Shown here: in pieces, positions 50,278 to 59,619 of the stretch | Numbering within the stretch: position 1 is the stretch's first letter | Layout of the letters: each line of letters begins with the position of its first letter | Assembly: GCA_963705215.1 (NCBI GenBank) | Contig: CAVPJI010000002.1 | Location: 49,818-113,817, forward strand | Direction: 5' to 3' | Origin: an uncultured Chloroflexia bacterium | GTDB lineage: Bacteria; Chloroflexota; Limnocylindria; Limnocylindrales; CSP1-4 | DNA length: 64,000 nt | The notes under the pieces: model-generated | What the model saw: the letters and a program-made list of their open reading frames with translations, nothing else | What the model was told of the DNA's origin: nothing | Databases searched by the model: none | Made by a program: the position numbers and the translations under genes

Positions 50278-51822
50278 TCAGTTCCCGAGCGCCGTCGCGA
50301 GCGACGGGTCGACGGCGGCGAGCGCGGCCTTCACGGAGCCGGCGATGAGATCGAGCACCAGGCCGGGGAAGAGGCCGAAGATCACCGTGAGCGCGCCGAG
50401 CGGTGCCAGGGTCAGGATCTCCACCGGCCGCATGTCGGTCAGATGGTGCCCAAGCCCCTTCAGGAAGTCCGAGAGCGGCCCGAAGAGGACCCGCTGCTGC
50501 ATCCAGAGGAGGTAGGCGGCGGCGAGGATCATCACGAAGGTGATCATGACCGCCGTCCACGGGCTGAACGCGAACGTGCCCTGGAAGACGAGGAACTCCC
50601 CGACGAAGCCGGCCAGGCCGGGCAGGCCGACCGAGGCCAAGACGAAGAAGCCGAGCGCGGCCGAGAAGACCGGGACCGGAGCCCCGAGGCCGCCCATGTT
50701 CGCGATCGTCCGGTCGTGCGTCCGCTCGTAGATGACGCCGACGAGGATGAAGAGGGCCCCTGTGATCAGGCCGTGGTTGACCATCTGGAGGATCGCGCCC
50801 TGCATCCCCTGCTCCTGGAAGATGAAGATCCCCAGGGTCACGAAGCCCATGTGGCTGACCGAGCTGTAGGCCACCAGCTTCTTGAGGTCGGGCTGGACGA
50901 GGGCCACGATCGCGCCGTAGATGATGGCGATGACCGAGAGCACGATGATCAGGGGGGCGAAGGCCTGTGCCCCCTCCGGGAAGATCGGCAGGGCGAAGCG
51001 GATGAACCCGTAGGCGCCCAGCTTGAGGAGGACGCCGGCCAGGATCACCGATCCCGCCGTGGGTGCCTCCACGTGGGCATCGGGCAGCCAGGTGTGGAAC
51101 GGGAACATCGGGACCTTGATCGCGAACGCGAGCGCGAAGGCGGCGAACGCGAACAGCTGGAAGGTGCGGTCGAAGCCGTGGCCGGCCAGGTTCTGCAGGT
51201 CGAACGCCCCGTCCCAGCTGCCGGTCGCTGCCTGGTAGGTGAACGCCGTGGCCAGGATCGCCACGAGCATCAGGAGCGACCCCACCAGGGTGTAGAGGAC
51301 GAACTTGATCGTGGCGTAGATCCGGTTGACCCCGCCCCAGATCCCGATGATCAGGTACATCGGGACTAGGACGACTTCCCAGAAGATGTAGAAGAGGAAA
51401 AGGTCGAGCGACACGAAGACGCCCAGCATCCCGACCTCGAGGATCAGGAAGGCGATCATGTACTCCTTCACCCGCTCCTTGATCGGGGAGAAGCTGGCCA
51501 GGATGGAGATCCAGGTGAGGGTCGTGGTGAGGACGACCATCGCCACGGAGAGCCCGTCCACGCCGAGCTTGTACTGGATCCCGAAGAGGGGGATCCAGTC
51601 GAGCTGCTCCACGTACTGGAAGGCCAGCCCGGGGCCTGTCTCGCGCCCCGGCAGGTAGCCCAGGAGGAGCCACAGGCTGACGACCCATGCTGCCAGCGAG
51701 AAGACGAGCGCCGCGCCCCTGATCGCGCCCACGTTGCGGCGCGGGATGAGCGCCACGACGAGCGCGCCGACCAGCGGCAGGAAGGTGATGACGCTCAGGA
51801 TCGGGAAGTCGCCGATGTTCAT
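50278..51822 (-). CDS. nuoM: NADH-quinone oxidoreductase subunit M
   Basis: GVDGLS, FYIFWEVVLVPMY, AIKVPMFPFHTWLPDAHVEAPTAGS, KKLVAYSSVSHMG. Confidence 0.96.
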   Translation of the reverse strand: MNIGDFPILSVITFLPLVGALVVALIPRRNVGAIRGAALVFSLAAWVVSLWLLLGYLPGRETGPGLAFQYVEQLDWIPLFGIQYKLGVDGLSVAMVVLTTTLTWISILASFSPIKERVKEYMIAFLILEVGMLGVFVSLDLFLFYIFWEVVLVPMYLIIGIWGGVNRIYATIKFVLYTLVGSLLMLVAILATAFTYQAATGSWDGAFDLQNLAGHGFDRTFQLFAFAAFALAFAIKVPMFPFHTWLPDAHVEAPTAGSVILAGVLLKLGAYGFIRFALPIFPEGAQAFAPLIIVLSVIAIIYGAIVALVQPDLKKLVAYSSVSHMGFVTLGIFIFQEQGMQGAILQMVNHGLITGALFILVGVIYERTHDRTIANMGGLGAPVPVFSAALGFFVLASVGLPGLAGFVGEFLVFQGTFAFSPWTAVMITFVMILAAAYLLWMQQRVLFGPLSDFLKGLGHHLTDMRPVEILTLAPLGALTVIFGLFPGLVLDLIAGSVKAALAAVDPSLATALGN

Positions 51823-51833
51823 CGTCGTCCTCC

Positions 51834-53849
51834 CTACCTGGCCGCGATCGCGAGGTACGCGCCGGCCATGACGATCAGCCCGATCGCGATGCCCAGCGCG
51901 TAGTTCTGGACGCGCCCGGTCTGCACCCGGCGCAGGCCGCGGCCGGCATCAACCGTGAGGCGGCCCACCCCGTTCACCGTTCCGTCGACGACCGTCCGAT
52001 CGAACCACCACGTCACCGCCGCGACGCGGCCGCCGACGACGATGAACAGGAGGTGGTTCAGGTCATCGAACCACCACTTGTTGAGGCTGGCCCGGTAGAG
52101 GAAGCGGGTGGCGCCGTTGGCGTTCGTGATGGCCTGGACGCGCTCCGGGTGGCCGGCCCGGCGGAAGGCGCCGAAGAGCCAGATCCCGACGACGAGACCC
52201 ACCGTGGCGATGGCGACGCTGACGAGGATGAGGACGCCGTCGATGCCGAACAGCTCGTAGGCCGGCTTGTCCGGGTGGAGCATCTCCTCCGACTCGGCGA
52301 AGACCGGCTCCAGCCAGTGGGTGATCCGCGAATCGCCCAGCGGCGTGCCCAGGAAGGCGCCGAGGAGCGCCGACGGGATGGCCAGCAGGACCAGCGACAG
52401 GGTCATCGTCCACGCTGACTCGTGGATCTGATCCCAGATGCGGCGCACGTACGCCGACGGCTGCCCGTAGAACGTCTTGGCCATCAGGCGCCACATGTAG
52501 AAGGCGGTCATCCCGGCCACGACGAAGCCGATCGCCCAGACCCAGTAGAAGCCGAACTTGAAGCTCTCGGCGAGGATCTCGTCCTTGCTGAAGAAGCCCG
52601 CCAGCGGCGGGATCCCGGCAATCGCCAGCGTGCCAATGAGCATGGTCCAGTGGGTGACGGGGATCTTCCGGCGCAGCCCCCCCATGTTGTTCATGTCCTG
52701 CTCCTCGTGGACGGCGTGGATCACGCTGCCCGAGCCGAGGAAGAGGAGGCCCTTGAAGAACCCGTGGGCCATCAGGTGGAAGATCGCGGCCACGAAGGCG
52801 CCCACGCCGAGCGCGGCGAACATCAGGCCCAGCTGGGACAGGGTCGAGTAGGCCAGGACGCGTTTGATGTCGGTCTGGGTGAAGGCGATCGACGCCGCCA
52901 GGATCGAGGTGAAGATGCCGATCGCGGCCACCACGACCATGACACCCGGGGCCTCGGCGAAGATCGGGTTGGCCCGGGCGATGAGGTAGACGCCCGCGTT
53001 GACCATCGTCGCGGCATGGATGAGAGCCGAGACCGGGGTCGGGCCTTCCATCGCGTCGGGCAGCCAGACGTGGAGCGGGAACTGGGCGCTCTTGCCCACT
53101 GCGCCGCAGAAGACGAGAAACGCGATCGCGGCGATCGTCGCCTGGTCGAGCTCCGCGATCAGCTCGAACGACTCGCGGATGTCGAGCGTCCCGGTGCTGA
53201 CCCAGATGAGCATGATTCCCAGGGCGAACCCGACGTCGCCGACGCGGTTCACGATGAACGCCTTCTTGGCCGCGAGGGCGGCCGAGCGCCTCTGGTACCA
53301 GAACCCGATGAGGAGGTACGAGCTGAGGCCCACCAGCTCCCAGGCGGCGAAGACGGTCAGCCAGCTGTCGCCCAGGACGAGCAGGAGCATGCTGAACATG
53401 AAGAGGTTGAGGTAGGCGAAGAAGCGCCAGCGCCCCGGGTCGTGGGCCATGTAGCCCACCGAGTAGAGGTGGACGATCATGCCGATCGTCGTCACGACGA
53501 TGAGGAGGCAGGCCGTCAGCTGGTCCACGTAGAGACCCATCTCCACCTGGAAGGCCCCGGCCGGGATCCAGGTCCAGAGGGTGATCCCGGCCCCGTGCTC
53601 GCCGAGGCCGCCGCTGAGCGCCTCGTAGACGACCACCATCGCGATCGCCCAGGTGGCGACGATCAGGAGGAGCGGGACCAGGAAGGCGAAGCGCCCGATC
53701 CGGCGCCCGAAGAGCGCCGTGAAGACGAAGCCGGCAAGGGGCAGGACCAGCAGCAGCGGCACGAGGTTGATCACGCCCGCGGCGGCGCTCGACTCGGCCT
53801 CGGCGGCGGCGAGCAGGGGGGCGGCGTGCAGGGCCACGGATTCGAACAC
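51834..53849 (-). CDS. nuoL: NADH-quinone oxidoreductase subunit L
   Basis: YSVGYMAHD, KAFIVNRVGD, GKSAQFPLHVWLPDAMEGPTPVSALIHAATMV, IKRVLAYST. Confidence 0.96.
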   Translation of the reverse strand: MFESVALHAAPLLAAAEAESSAAAGVINLVPLLLVLPLAGFVFTALFGRRIGRFAFLVPLLLIVATWAIAMVVVYEALSGGLGEHGAGITLWTWIPAGAFQVEMGLYVDQLTACLLIVVTTIGMIVHLYSVGYMAHDPGRWRFFAYLNLFMFSMLLLVLGDSWLTVFAAWELVGLSSYLLIGFWYQRRSAALAAKKAFIVNRVGDVGFALGIMLIWVSTGTLDIRESFELIAELDQATIAAIAFLVFCGAVGKSAQFPLHVWLPDAMEGPTPVSALIHAATMVNAGVYLIARANPIFAEAPGVMVVVAAIGIFTSILAASIAFTQTDIKRVLAYSTLSQLGLMFAALGVGAFVAAIFHLMAHGFFKGLLFLGSGSVIHAVHEEQDMNNMGGLRRKIPVTHWTMLIGTLAIAGIPPLAGFFSKDEILAESFKFGFYWVWAIGFVVAGMTAFYMWRLMAKTFYGQPSAYVRRIWDQIHESAWTMTLSLVLLAIPSALLGAFLGTPLGDSRITHWLEPVFAESEEMLHPDKPAYELFGIDGVLILVSVAIATVGLVVGIWLFGAFRRAGHPERVQAITNANGATRFLYRASLNKWWFDDLNHLLFIVVGGRVAAVTWWFDRTVVDGTVNGVGRLTVDAGRGLRRVQTGRVQNYALGIAIGLIVMAGAYLAIAAR

Positions 53850-53874
53850 GCGGGTCTCTCGGGCTCCTCGCGGG

Positions 53875-54186
53875 CTACTGGCGCATGGCGTCGTACTCGT
53901 CGACGAGCGGCGTCCGCCGGTTGCGGTAGATCGCCAAGACGATGGCGAGGCCGACGGTCGCCTCGGCCGCGGCCACCGCCATCACCATGAGGGCGATCAC
54001 CGAGGCGTCGACGTTGAGCTCCGGCACGAAGGCGCCGAAGGCGACGATGGCGAGGTTGACGGCGTTGAGCATCAGCTCGATCGACATGAGCATGCTGATC
54101 GCGTTGCGCCGGGCCAGGAAGCCGAAGCTCCCCACGGCGAAGAGGATGCCGGCAAGGATGAGATAGGCGTCGAGCGACTGGCTCAC
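53875..54186 (-). CDS. nuoK: NADH-quinone oxidoreductase subunit K
   Basis: [26 protein letters not shown]; GTGA overlap with nuoJ. Confidence 0.95.
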   Translation of the reverse strand: MSQSLDAYLILAGILFAVGSFGFLARRNAISMLMSIELMLNAVNLAIVAFGAFVPELNVDASVIALMVMAVAAAEATVGLAIVLAIYRNRRTPLVDEYDAMRQ

Positions 54187-54716
54187 GCGTCCCGGTCCTC
54201 CCGCTTCGCGAGGAAGACGCTGCCGATGACGGCCGCCAGCAGGAGCACGCTCACGACCTCGAACGGCAGGATGTACTCGTTGAAGAGGAGGCGCGCCAGG
54301 GCGTCGGTGGCGGTCGCGAGCCGGGTGCTTACGTCGCCCCAGTCGGTGGATACGACCGCCAGGGCCACGATGACCGCGATCACGACCGCTGCGATCGCCG
54401 CGGGGACCGCCTGGGTCTGGAAGACGAGGCGAGCCGGCGCGCTCTTGGCCTGGGTCAGCATGACCGCGAAGAGGATGAGGACGGCGATCGCCCCGATATA
54501 GATGAGGACCTGGGCAGCGGCCACGAGCGGCGCACCGAGCATGACGTAGATGCCGGCCAGGGCGCCGAACGCGACGATCATCGCGATCCCGCAACGGATG
54601 ATGTCGCGCAGGGTGACGACCAGCAGGGCACTGCCCAGGAGGATGCCCGCGAGGACGACGAAGAGGACGTCGTTCCAGCTGATCCCCAGGAGCGGCACGG
54701 TGTCCGGGATTGCCAC
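54183..54716 (-). CDS. nuoJ: NADH-quinone oxidoreductase subunit J
   Basis: [37 protein letters not shown]. Confidence 0.95.
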   Translation of the reverse strand: MAIPDTVPLLGISWNDVLFVVLAGILLGSALLVVTLRDIIRCGIAMIVAFGALAGIYVMLGAPLVAAAQVLIYIGAIAVLILFAVMLTQAKSAPARLVFQTQAVPAAIAAVVIAVIVALAVVSTDWGDVSTRLATATDALARLLFNEYILPFEVVSVLLLAAVIGSVFLAKREDRDA

Positions 54717-54728
54717 CTCTCGCCTCGC

Positions 54729-57377
54729 TCAGTCGGTGCCGTGGGAGGATGGCGCGTGCGTGGTGTCGTGCGCCGTGTCGTGCGCCCCGCCGCCTTGGCC
54801 ATGGCCGTGGTGCCCGGAGCCGTTCCCGTTCCCGCTGCCGCCCGCGATCGACGCCGGGAGGACGGGCAGCATGCGCGGCCCGATGTCACGCCCCGCGGCG
54901 AGCGCCCGCTCGGCCCAGTCGGGCTCGCGCCGGATGTAGGTCATCTCCGTCTCGCGGTCCACGGCCGCGATCGCGATGAGGTCGATCATCGGCTCTTCGC
55001 GGCTCGTGTGGGCCAGCTCGAAGTCCGGGCCGCAGCGGAGCGCGTCGTAGGGGCAGGCGTCCACGCAGATGCCGCACAGGATGCAGCGGCTCTCGTCCAC
55101 CTCGTACTTCTCGAGGATCCGCGGCTTGGGCATGAGGGCGCCCGTTGGGCATGTCTCGGCGCACCGGCCGCACGAGACGCAGGGCGTGTCGTTGAGGCTC
55201 ATGTCGAGTGGCGTCGTGACCAGCGTGTCGAAGCCGATCCGCATGAAGTCGTAGCACGCCGCGCCCACCACCTCCGCGCACACGTTCGCGCAGCGGCCAC
55301 AGTCGATGCAGCGCGAAGGCTCGCGCAGGATGAAGGCGTGGCTGTCGTCGCGGAGGTAGTCGTGGTTGGTGCCGGTGAAGCGGTTCTCGGTGACGCTGCG
55401 GAAGCCGGCCCCGCGGTTGTTCTGCGGCTCCAGCGTGCGCAGGGTCGTCCCATACTCGATGCCCAGGCGGCGCAGGTCGCAGAACCCGATCGCCTCGCAG
55501 GTGCACTGGAGGCAGCGCGTGCTCTCCGCGACCGCCGCCTCGCGGCTGTACGGGATCTCGTACTCGATGTACGAGTCGCGCCGCGCCTCGCCGGGCATGC
55601 TGGAGAGGCGGTGCCGGGATTCCTTGACCTCGGAGGTGAAGGGGACGATGGAGAGGAATTCCGGCTGCGGCTCGGCCAGCGTCTGGCGGGTTCGGATCGC
55701 CGCCAGGTCCAGGCCCTGCAGGAAGGCGTCGACGGCGTACGCGGCACGCCGGCCGTCGGCGATCGCCTGGACGACCGTGGCGGCGCCGGTGCGGACGTCG
55801 CCCGTCCCGAAGATGCCGGGCCGGCCCGTCTCGAACGTAACCGGATCCACCTTGAGGCGCCACTGCTTCGTCTTCTCCAGCCCCGCGTTGCCGCCCCCGA
55901 GCCAGGTCAGGTCCGGCCCCTGGCCGATGGCGAGGAGGACGCGGTCGCACTCGATGACGAACTCGGTCCCGGCCGCCGGTTCGGGGCGCCGGCGGCCCGA
56001 GGCGTCGGGAGCGCCGAGCTGCATCCGGATGAACTCCACGCCGGAGACCTTGCCGGTCGCCTCGTCCACCAGGACGCGGGTCGGGCCGGCCTGGAAGATC
56101 ATGGTGACGCCTTCCTCGATCGCCTCGTGGACCTCGCTGGACGCCGGCATGTCCTTCATGTCACGGCGGTAGACGAGCGTCACCTCGTCGGCGTGCTGGC
56201 GGACCGACGTCCGCGAGCAGTCCATCGCGGTGAAGCCGCCGCCGATCACGACGACGCGGGTGCCGGCGTGGCCCGGGTAGGTCAGGCCGAGGGTGGCGAT
56301 CTTGAGGTACTCGAGCCCGTCGATGACGCCGTCGGCGTCCTCGCTGGGGATTCCCAGCTTGTTCGTGTCGTAGCAGCCGATGGCGACCACGACCGCGTCG
56401 AACCCCTGGTTCTGCAGGTCATCGAGGCTGAAGTCGCGCCCCAGCGCCTGGCCGCACACGAAGCGCCCGCCCAGGCGGGTGACGCTCTCGTACTCGGGGT
56501 CGAGGACGCGTTCCTTCGGCAGGCGGTACTCGGGGATGCCGTAGCGGAGCATGCCGCCGGGGGCCTCGTCGCGCTCGAGGATCGTGACGTCGTGACCCGC
56601 GATCAGGAGGTAGTAGGCAGCCGACGCGCCGGCCGGCCCGGAGCCGATCACTGCCACACGCTTGCCCGTCTTCGGCTGCAGCTCGAAGGGGAGCGGCGGG
56701 TCGATGTCCTGCTCGCGCATCTCCCGCAGGACCTGGTCGCCGGCGTAGCGGTGGCTGTCGCGGATCGCGATCGCCTCGTCCACCTCGTCGCGGCGGCAGT
56801 GCTCCTCGCAGGGCGCCGGGCAGACGCGGCCCAGGATCGAGGGGAAGGGGATCGTCCGCTTGAAGATGCGGGCCGACTCGCGGAACTCGCCCTCGGCGTT
56901 CGCCTTGAGGAAGCCCGGAATGTCGATGTGGCTGGGGCACTTGTTCTGGCAGGGCGGGAGGCAGTACGCGTTGTGGTCGGAGAAGATCAGCTCCAGGTTC
57001 GTCCGCCGGATCCGCCGGATCTCCTCGGTCTGGGTCCGCACCACCATCCCGGCCTCGGCCGCGCGCGAGCACGAGATGGGCGGATGCTCCTCGCCTTCCA
57101 CCTCCACCACGCACATCCGGCAGGCGCCGAAGCCGGGCAGCTTGGGCTCGTAGCAGAGGGTCGGGATCTCGATCCCGTTGTCGCGGCAGACTTCCAGGAT
57201 CGTCTGTCCCTCGCGGCCCTCGACGAGCCGCCCGTCGACCTCGAGCCGGATTGCGGGAGTCGACTGCGGCCGCTGGGGCGCCTGCGTCCGGAAGAGGCGC
57301 TCGGCGAGGCTGTCGACGGCCGGCTCGGGGCTGGTCGGCGGGGCGATGTCGGCGGGGCGCGAGATCAGGTCGGCCAT
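54729..57377 (-). CDS. fusion: NuoG-type 2Fe-2S + GltD-like flavin/NAD(P)H domain + NuoG-type 4Fe-4S clusters + C-terminal half of NuoI
   Basis: PTLCYEP...GACRMCVVE...ISC; [18 protein letters not shown]; GSGPAG; [11 protein letters not shown]; RCLQCTC..CDL; [11 protein letters not shown]; [12 protein letters not shown]; [30 protein letters not shown]. Confidence 0.85.
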   Translation of the reverse strand: MADLISRPADIAPPTSPEPAVDSLAERLFRTQAPQRPQSTPAIRLEVDGRLVEGREGQTILEVCRDNGIEIPTLCYEPKLPGFGACRMCVVEVEGEEHPPISCSRAAEAGMVVRTQTEEIRRIRRTNLELIFSDHNAYCLPPCQNKCPSHIDIPGFLKANAEGEFRESARIFKRTIPFPSILGRVCPAPCEEHCRRDEVDEAIAIRDSHRYAGDQVLREMREQDIDPPLPFELQPKTGKRVAVIGSGPAGASAAYYLLIAGHDVTILERDEAPGGMLRYGIPEYRLPKERVLDPEYESVTRLGGRFVCGQALGRDFSLDDLQNQGFDAVVVAIGCYDTNKLGIPSEDADGVIDGLEYLKIATLGLTYPGHAGTRVVVIGGGFTAMDCSRTSVRQHADEVTLVYRRDMKDMPASSEVHEAIEEGVTMIFQAGPTRVLVDEATGKVSGVEFIRMQLGAPDASGRRRPEPAAGTEFVIECDRVLLAIGQGPDLTWLGGGNAGLEKTKQWRLKVDPVTFETGRPGIFGTGDVRTGAATVVQAIADGRRAAYAVDAFLQGLDLAAIRTRQTLAEPQPEFLSIVPFTSEVKESRHRLSSMPGEARRDSYIEYEIPYSREAAVAESTRCLQCTCEAIGFCDLRRLGIEYGTTLRTLEPQNNRGAGFRSVTENRFTGTNHDYLRDDSHAFILREPSRCIDCGRCANVCAEVVGAACYDFMRIGFDTLVTTPLDMSLNDTPCVSCGRCAETCPTGALMPKPRILEKYEVDESRCILCGICVDACPYDALRCGPDFELAHTSREEPMIDLIAIAAVDRETEMTYIRREPDWAERALAAGRDIGPRMLPVLPASIAGGSGNGNGSGHHGHGQGGGAHDTAHDTTHAPSSHGTD

Positions 57378-57391
57378 CGTTCGGTCGTCGC

Positions 57392-58771
57392 CTACCTTCC
57401 GGCGGCGGCGGCTGGCAGCCGGATCGGGCTGCAGACGCCGGCGGGGCAGACGCCCCGGAGGATGTGGTCGTCGATCTCGGGACCGAAGTATCGCATCGCG
57501 GTCCGGAGGGGACCGGACGCCAGCCGCTCGTGGTCGCACAGGGCGCTCGCGGCGCAGTCGTCGGCAAGCTCCGCGAGCAGCTTCGGGTCGCCGGGGAGGG
57601 CCGTGCCCTCGACGTAGCGCTGGCCGATCTCGGCGAGGCGGCGCAGGCCGATCCGGCAGGGGATCGTCTTGCCGCAGGCCTCGTCAGCCCCGAAGCGGAC
57701 CAGCAGCCGCGCCAGGTCCACGACGCAGGCGCGCTCGTCGGCGATCACGACGGCGCCCGACCCGACGTGGGCGCCGGTCGCGCGGAGCGCGTCGAACGAG
57801 TAGGGCGTGTCGAGCAGCTCTTCCGGCAGGAGGCCGCCGGTCGGGCCGCCGACGAGGGCCGCCTTGAACGTGTGCCCGGCGGCCACGCCACCGGCCAGGT
57901 CCACGAGATCGCGGAGCGTGGTCCCGGTCGCGACCTCGACGATCCCGGGGTTCGCGACCGCGCCGGATACTCCCACGAGGACGGTGCCCGGGGCGTCGGG
58001 GTCGCCGATGGCTCGGAACGCGTCAGCACCGTTGGTGACGATCCAGGGCAGCGACGCGAGGGTGGCCACGTTGTGGACGAGGGTGGGGCGGCCCCACAGG
58101 CCGCGCTCGGCGGGATACGGCGGGCGCTGCTCGGGCTGCCCTCGGCGCCCTTCGAGGGCGGCGATGAGGACCGTCTCCTCGCCCAGCATGTACGCGCCCT
58201 GCACCGTGCGGACCGTGACGGCGACGTCGCGGCCGGAGCGCAGGATGTCCCGGCCAAGGAACCCGGCCTCTTCGGCGGCGAAGACGGCCGCCTCCAGGGC
58301 CGCCACCGCGTCGGCGTACTCGGCCCGGACCGCGATGATCGCCTGGCGCGCGCCGACCGCGAGGGCCGCGATCGCGATCCCTTCCACCACGGCAAAGGGG
58401 CGTGCCTGCATGAGGACCCGGTTAGTGGCCTGGGCCGGGTCCGCCTCGTACCCGTTGCCCACGACGTACCGGACCGGGTCGGCGGCACCTGCGACGGCCC
58501 GCCACTTGGCGCCCGCCGGGTAGCCGGCCCCGCCCCGGCCGCGCAGGCCGGACGCGACGATCGTGAGCAGGGTGCCGGTGGGCCCCAGGTTGCCGACCAC
58601 GGAGCGAAGCGCGGCGAACGCGCCGCCCGCAACCGCGGCCGCGAGGTCCGGCGCGCGGTCGGGCGCGCCGTCGGGCGCGCCGTCGGGCGCGCGGTCGGGC
58701 GCGATCGTCGCCACGGCGTCGCCCAGGATCGGGCGGGGCTGGCCGGCCGGACTCGTGAGGATCGTCGTCAT
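57392..58771 (-). CDS. nuoF: NuoF/HydB-like FMN flavoprotein with degenerate Fe-S motif
   Basis: SGLRGRGGAGYP, GAYMLGEETVL, GLWGRPTLVHNVATL, VGGPTGG, EACGKTIPCRIG, HILRGVCPAGVC. Confidence 0.85.
   Translation of the reverse strand: MTTILTSPAGQPRPILGDAVATIAPDRAPDGAPDGAPDRAPDLAAAVAGGAFAALRSVVGNLGPTGTLLTIVASGLRGRGGAGYPAGAKWRAVAGAADPVRYVVGNGYEADPAQATNRVLMQARPFAVVEGIAIAALAVGARQAIIAVRAEYADAVAALEAAVFAAEEAGFLGRDILRSGRDVAVTVRTVQGAYMLGEETVLIAALEGRRGQPEQRPPYPAERGLWGRPTLVHNVATLASLPWIVTNGADAFRAIGDPDAPGTVLVGVSGAVANPGIVEVATGTTLRDLVDLAGGVAAGHTFKAALVGGPTGGLLPEELLDTPYSFDALRATGAHVGSGAVVIADERACVVDLARLLVRFGADEACGKTIPCRIGLRRLAEIGQRYVEGTALPGDPKLLAELADDCAASALCDHERLASGPLRTAMRYFGPEIDDHILRGVCPAGVCSPIRLPAAAAGR
58648..58703 (-). 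repeat. 12-bp coding tandem repeat (PDRA/PDGA) near NuoF N-terminus
   Basis: GTCGGGCGCGC(C/G) units on + strand encoding PDRAPDGAPDGAPDRAPD. Confidence 0.8.
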
Positions 58772-58775
58772 CGGT

Positions 58776-59609
58776 TCAGTGGACCGTGCGGGTGGCCGGG
58801 TGCTCCCCGGCAAGCGCCTGGGCCCAGGCGGTGGCATTCGCGGTCGTCACTTCCGGCTGGACCTCGCCGTCGAGGGCCACGAGCGGGGCGGCCGCGCCGG
58901 GCGGGTGCGTCGGCAGCCACGCGTAGCGGATCCGGCCGTCGGGCGTGGGCCGGCCAAGCTCCGTCCGGAGGCCTGCGCCGATCGCGTCCGCAAGCCGACC
59001 ACCGCCGGCCATGAGGCAGGCCGTGCAGCGGCAGACGGCAACCTCCTCCACGGCCCGCTCGAGCCGGAGGTGGCGGTAGTAGCTGGCGGTGCCGTAGATC
59101 ATCGCGTACCAGGCGCCCGTCCGGTGGCTGATCCGCTTGAGCGCCGCGATCGGCAGGTGCCCGCACTCGGCCTGGACCGCCTCGAGGATCGAGAGCATCT
59201 GGTGGGGGTCGTGGTCGTGCGCCTCGAGGATCGCGTCGATCACCGCCAGGTCGACGGATTCGAAGTGCGCGTACAGCTCATCCGGAACCTCGCGCCCGGC
59301 GCGGCGGAGCGCCGATTCAGTGCGCCGCTCGCCGTACGTCTCGGCTGCGCCCCAGTGGACCGCATAGCGGCCCTTCGTGTCCCGGCCGCCCATGTCGATG
59401 CACTCGATCGGGCAGGCCTGGGCGCACTGGAAGCAGGTCTCGCACTTGAGCGTGCCGTGCTCGTCGTACAGGAGCTGGAGCCGCCCGCGGTACTTCACCG
59501 CGATGTCCGGGTCCACCTCGGGGTACTTGATCGTGAGCGGGGGCTGGAAGAAGCGGCGCATGGTGAGGGCCATCCCCTTGACCAGCCCGAGACCAGGGAT
59601 GCTGCTCAT
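58776..59609 (-). CDS. fusion: N-terminal half of NuoI + NuoE-like domain with degenerate 2Fe-2S site
   Basis: GMALTMRRFF..TIKYPE..YRGRLQL..KCETCFQCAQACPIECI (single motif), then ILEAVQAECGHLP, YGTASYY, VCRCTACLMAG, TPDGRI. Confidence 0.85.
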   Translation of the reverse strand: MSSIPGLGLVKGMALTMRRFFQPPLTIKYPEVDPDIAVKYRGRLQLLYDEHGTLKCETCFQCAQACPIECIDMGGRDTKGRYAVHWGAAETYGERRTESALRRAGREVPDELYAHFESVDLAVIDAILEAHDHDPHQMLSILEAVQAECGHLPIAALKRISHRTGAWYAMIYGTASYYRHLRLERAVEEVAVCRCTACLMAGGGRLADAIGAGLRTELGRPTPDGRIRYAWLPTHPPGAAAPLVALDGEVQPEVTTANATAWAQALAGEHPATRTVH

Positions 59610-59619
59610 CGCCGCCTCC

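Noticed and set aside
48788-51688. 966-aa ORF suggesting a NuoM-NuoN fusion
   Set aside because: The upstream part is an out-of-frame shadow of nuoM. nuoM has its own stop at 50278 and nuoN starts at ATG 50263
58648-58703. Tandem repeats here and at 17262-17420 and 32668-32712 as possible CRISPR arrays
   Set aside because: No spacers; units are in-frame coding repeats (12 and 15 bp, or irregular); no cas genes
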